Source: Octopus vulgaris (Eukaryota). From it: 64,000 nt of DNA. The translations under genes were made by a program, and so were the position numbers. The stretch covers positions 46,562,001 to 46,626,000 of the forward strand of contig OX597816.1 in assembly GCA_951406725.2 (NCBI GenBank). Reading direction: 5' to 3'. Below, one piece after another: positions 62,462 to 64,000 of this stretch (its first letter is position 1; each line of letters begins with the position of its first letter). The notes below the pieces were generated by a model. The model searched no databases and had not been told where the DNA came from. It saw only the letters and a list, made by a program, of their open reading frames with translations.

Positions 62462-62612
62462 TATATGAATTTTTTGCGTAATGAGATAAAAAAAACCCAA
62501 GGCTGTATAGATATTAGAGCATTAAGACCTTAGCTGTAAGACCTATCTATAAATGCTCTAATATCTATACAGCCTTGGTTTTTTTTATCTCATTACGCAA
62601 AAAATTCATATA
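62462..62612. repeat. Near-perfect inverted repeat (foldback)
   Basis: Arms 62462-62523 and 62552-62612 are complementary except for one indel, around a 28-nt loop. Confidence 0.95.
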
Positions 62613-62716
62613 CACACACGCTGACATAGAACCAACCTTTATTCGCAATATTACTGAATCTGGAACTTAACCATGGCCTGTCTATAGCACTTACTCAGCA
62701 TTACCTGATACCTTTG

Positions 62717-62718
<2 letters not shown>

Positions 62719-62785
<67 letters not shown>

Positions 62786-62786
62786 A

Positions 62787-62825
<39 letters not shown>
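62719..62825. repeat. (CT)n(AT)n compound microsatellite
   Basis: Direct reading of the sequence. Confidence 0.95.
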
Positions 62826-62827
<2 letters not shown>

Positions 62828-63667
62828 TCCAACCCATGCCAGCATAGACAACAGACAAATGATGATTGATATATATCCCTGTTGTGTCAGAGGAAGAAAA
62901 GAATTATCCAAGAATTTTACGGAGATTTTAAAACCTGTAGCAGTGGTTTGGAGAGGAAACTGTTACTCATATAGGAAGCATTACAGCTTTTCTCGGATCA
63001 AAAACCTAACCTGAATACTTACCAGAATGGACTCTGCTAAAGGCACCCAGGGTCTAGGTAGTGGTATTAAACCAGACAACAGATGAGGGCTACCGTGAAA
63101 ATATATTCATTGTTGCAGATTCCCAAAACTCTGTTAATTCCTGCTCAAAAGATAGTCAATGCTCATTCGTTTTTCTTTTTTAATTAGTTGTGAGAGAAGA
63201 TTAGGTACTTTGAACAATGAGTCAAACACAAACACATGCTAGTTAAATTAAGCAGATTTATATGGATTATTATGTAGATAATATAACCAGATAAAATCTT
63301 AACTATTATTTACCTTTTGATGTTTTAAACCATTTAAACTCAGGTGATTGTTTGCCCTTTTATTTACTTTTTTTTTGTTAGCTTTCTCATTCTGTTGTTT
63401 TTTTTTTATTTTATTGTTTTTGTTTTCATTGGTATTAAATTTTAAATAATGAAAAATAAAACAATGGTTAATACACTGTGAAACTTCTAATTTAATATTT
63501 TTCACCTGCAAATCATGTAAAAAAACACAGATTGTGGAATTTAAAAAGAGAAGAATCAAAGTGAATTCTTCACCTGCTCCTATGGTTTATGCTTCATGAA
63601 GTCATGACTAGAATTAAAATTTTTATATTTTATATTAGTATTAGTCAGTACATATCATTGTTTTTAA

Positions 63668-63865
63668 AGTGGTAAGATGGCTTAGTTGTTAGAGTATCAG
63701 AAAAAATACCTTATATGTTCCAGTTCATTTCAGATCCTGCCAGGATCAACTTTGCCTTTCATCCTATTGGGGTTGATAAAATAAAACACCAGTCAAATAC
63801 TAGGGTTGATGGTATCAACTAACCTTCTACCCTCGAAATTTCTGGCCTTGTACCTAAAATAGAAC
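63668..63865 (+). mobile_element. SINE family B, degenerate
   Basis: AACTTTGCCTTTCATCCTATTGGGGTTGATAAAATAAA...AAATTTCTGGCCTTGTACC. Confidence 0.7.
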
Positions 63866-63910
63866 CTTTTTTTTTTTACCTTGTTTAGAATCTCCATTGA
63901 TAGGTGCATA

Positions 63911-64000
63911 CCGTAAATCCTTGAGTATAGTCCGCCCTTGAGTATAATATGCAGGGGATTTTAGGGGACTGTACCTCTGAAAAACCTAAACCTTGTGTAT
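63911..64000. mobile_element. Left end of a probable Tc1/pogo-type DNA element, cut by the window edge
   Basis: TA-CCGTAAATCCTTGAGTATAGTCCGC with a repeated CCTTGAGTATA motif. The second TIR is not visible. Confidence 0.45.

Noticed and set aside
63120-63242. Possible third exon after TTGTTGCAG
   Set aside because: Weak pyrimidine tract, no spectrin-like continuation and no convincing donor.

Overview
This is AT-rich, repeat-dense animal DNA. The SINE/LINE families and microsatellite style look like an octopus (coleoid cephalopod) genome, which is an inference from repeat recognition and not from a search. One host gene is supported on the + strand. Its first coding exon is 32840-33308 (ATG at 32946 in CACCATGG). 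A ~21 kb intron joins it in phase 0 to a second exon, 54264-54431, that begins a spectrin-repeat-like helix; the gene continues past the window. Almost everything else is mobile DNA: several tRNA-derived SINE families, RTE and CR1/L2-type LINE fragments, a ~2.2 kb piggyBac fossil with TTAA-flanked MITEs, hAT MITEs with 8-bp TSDs, Tc1/mariner MITEs and two non-autonomous Helitrons. Most entries in the ORF track are spurious read-throughs of these repeats. I found no CRISPR array and no clearly new multi-gene system. The most unusual structures are a ~26-bp minisatellite element with an AT-to-GC gradient and a terminal hairpin (23.56-24.5 kb), two hAT MITEs stacked on one target site (7.7-8.2 kb), an RTE 3'UTR that shares its tail with a SINE subfamily, and a near-perfect ~150-bp foldback (62.46-62.61 kb). 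Coordinates of degenerate repeats are approximate.
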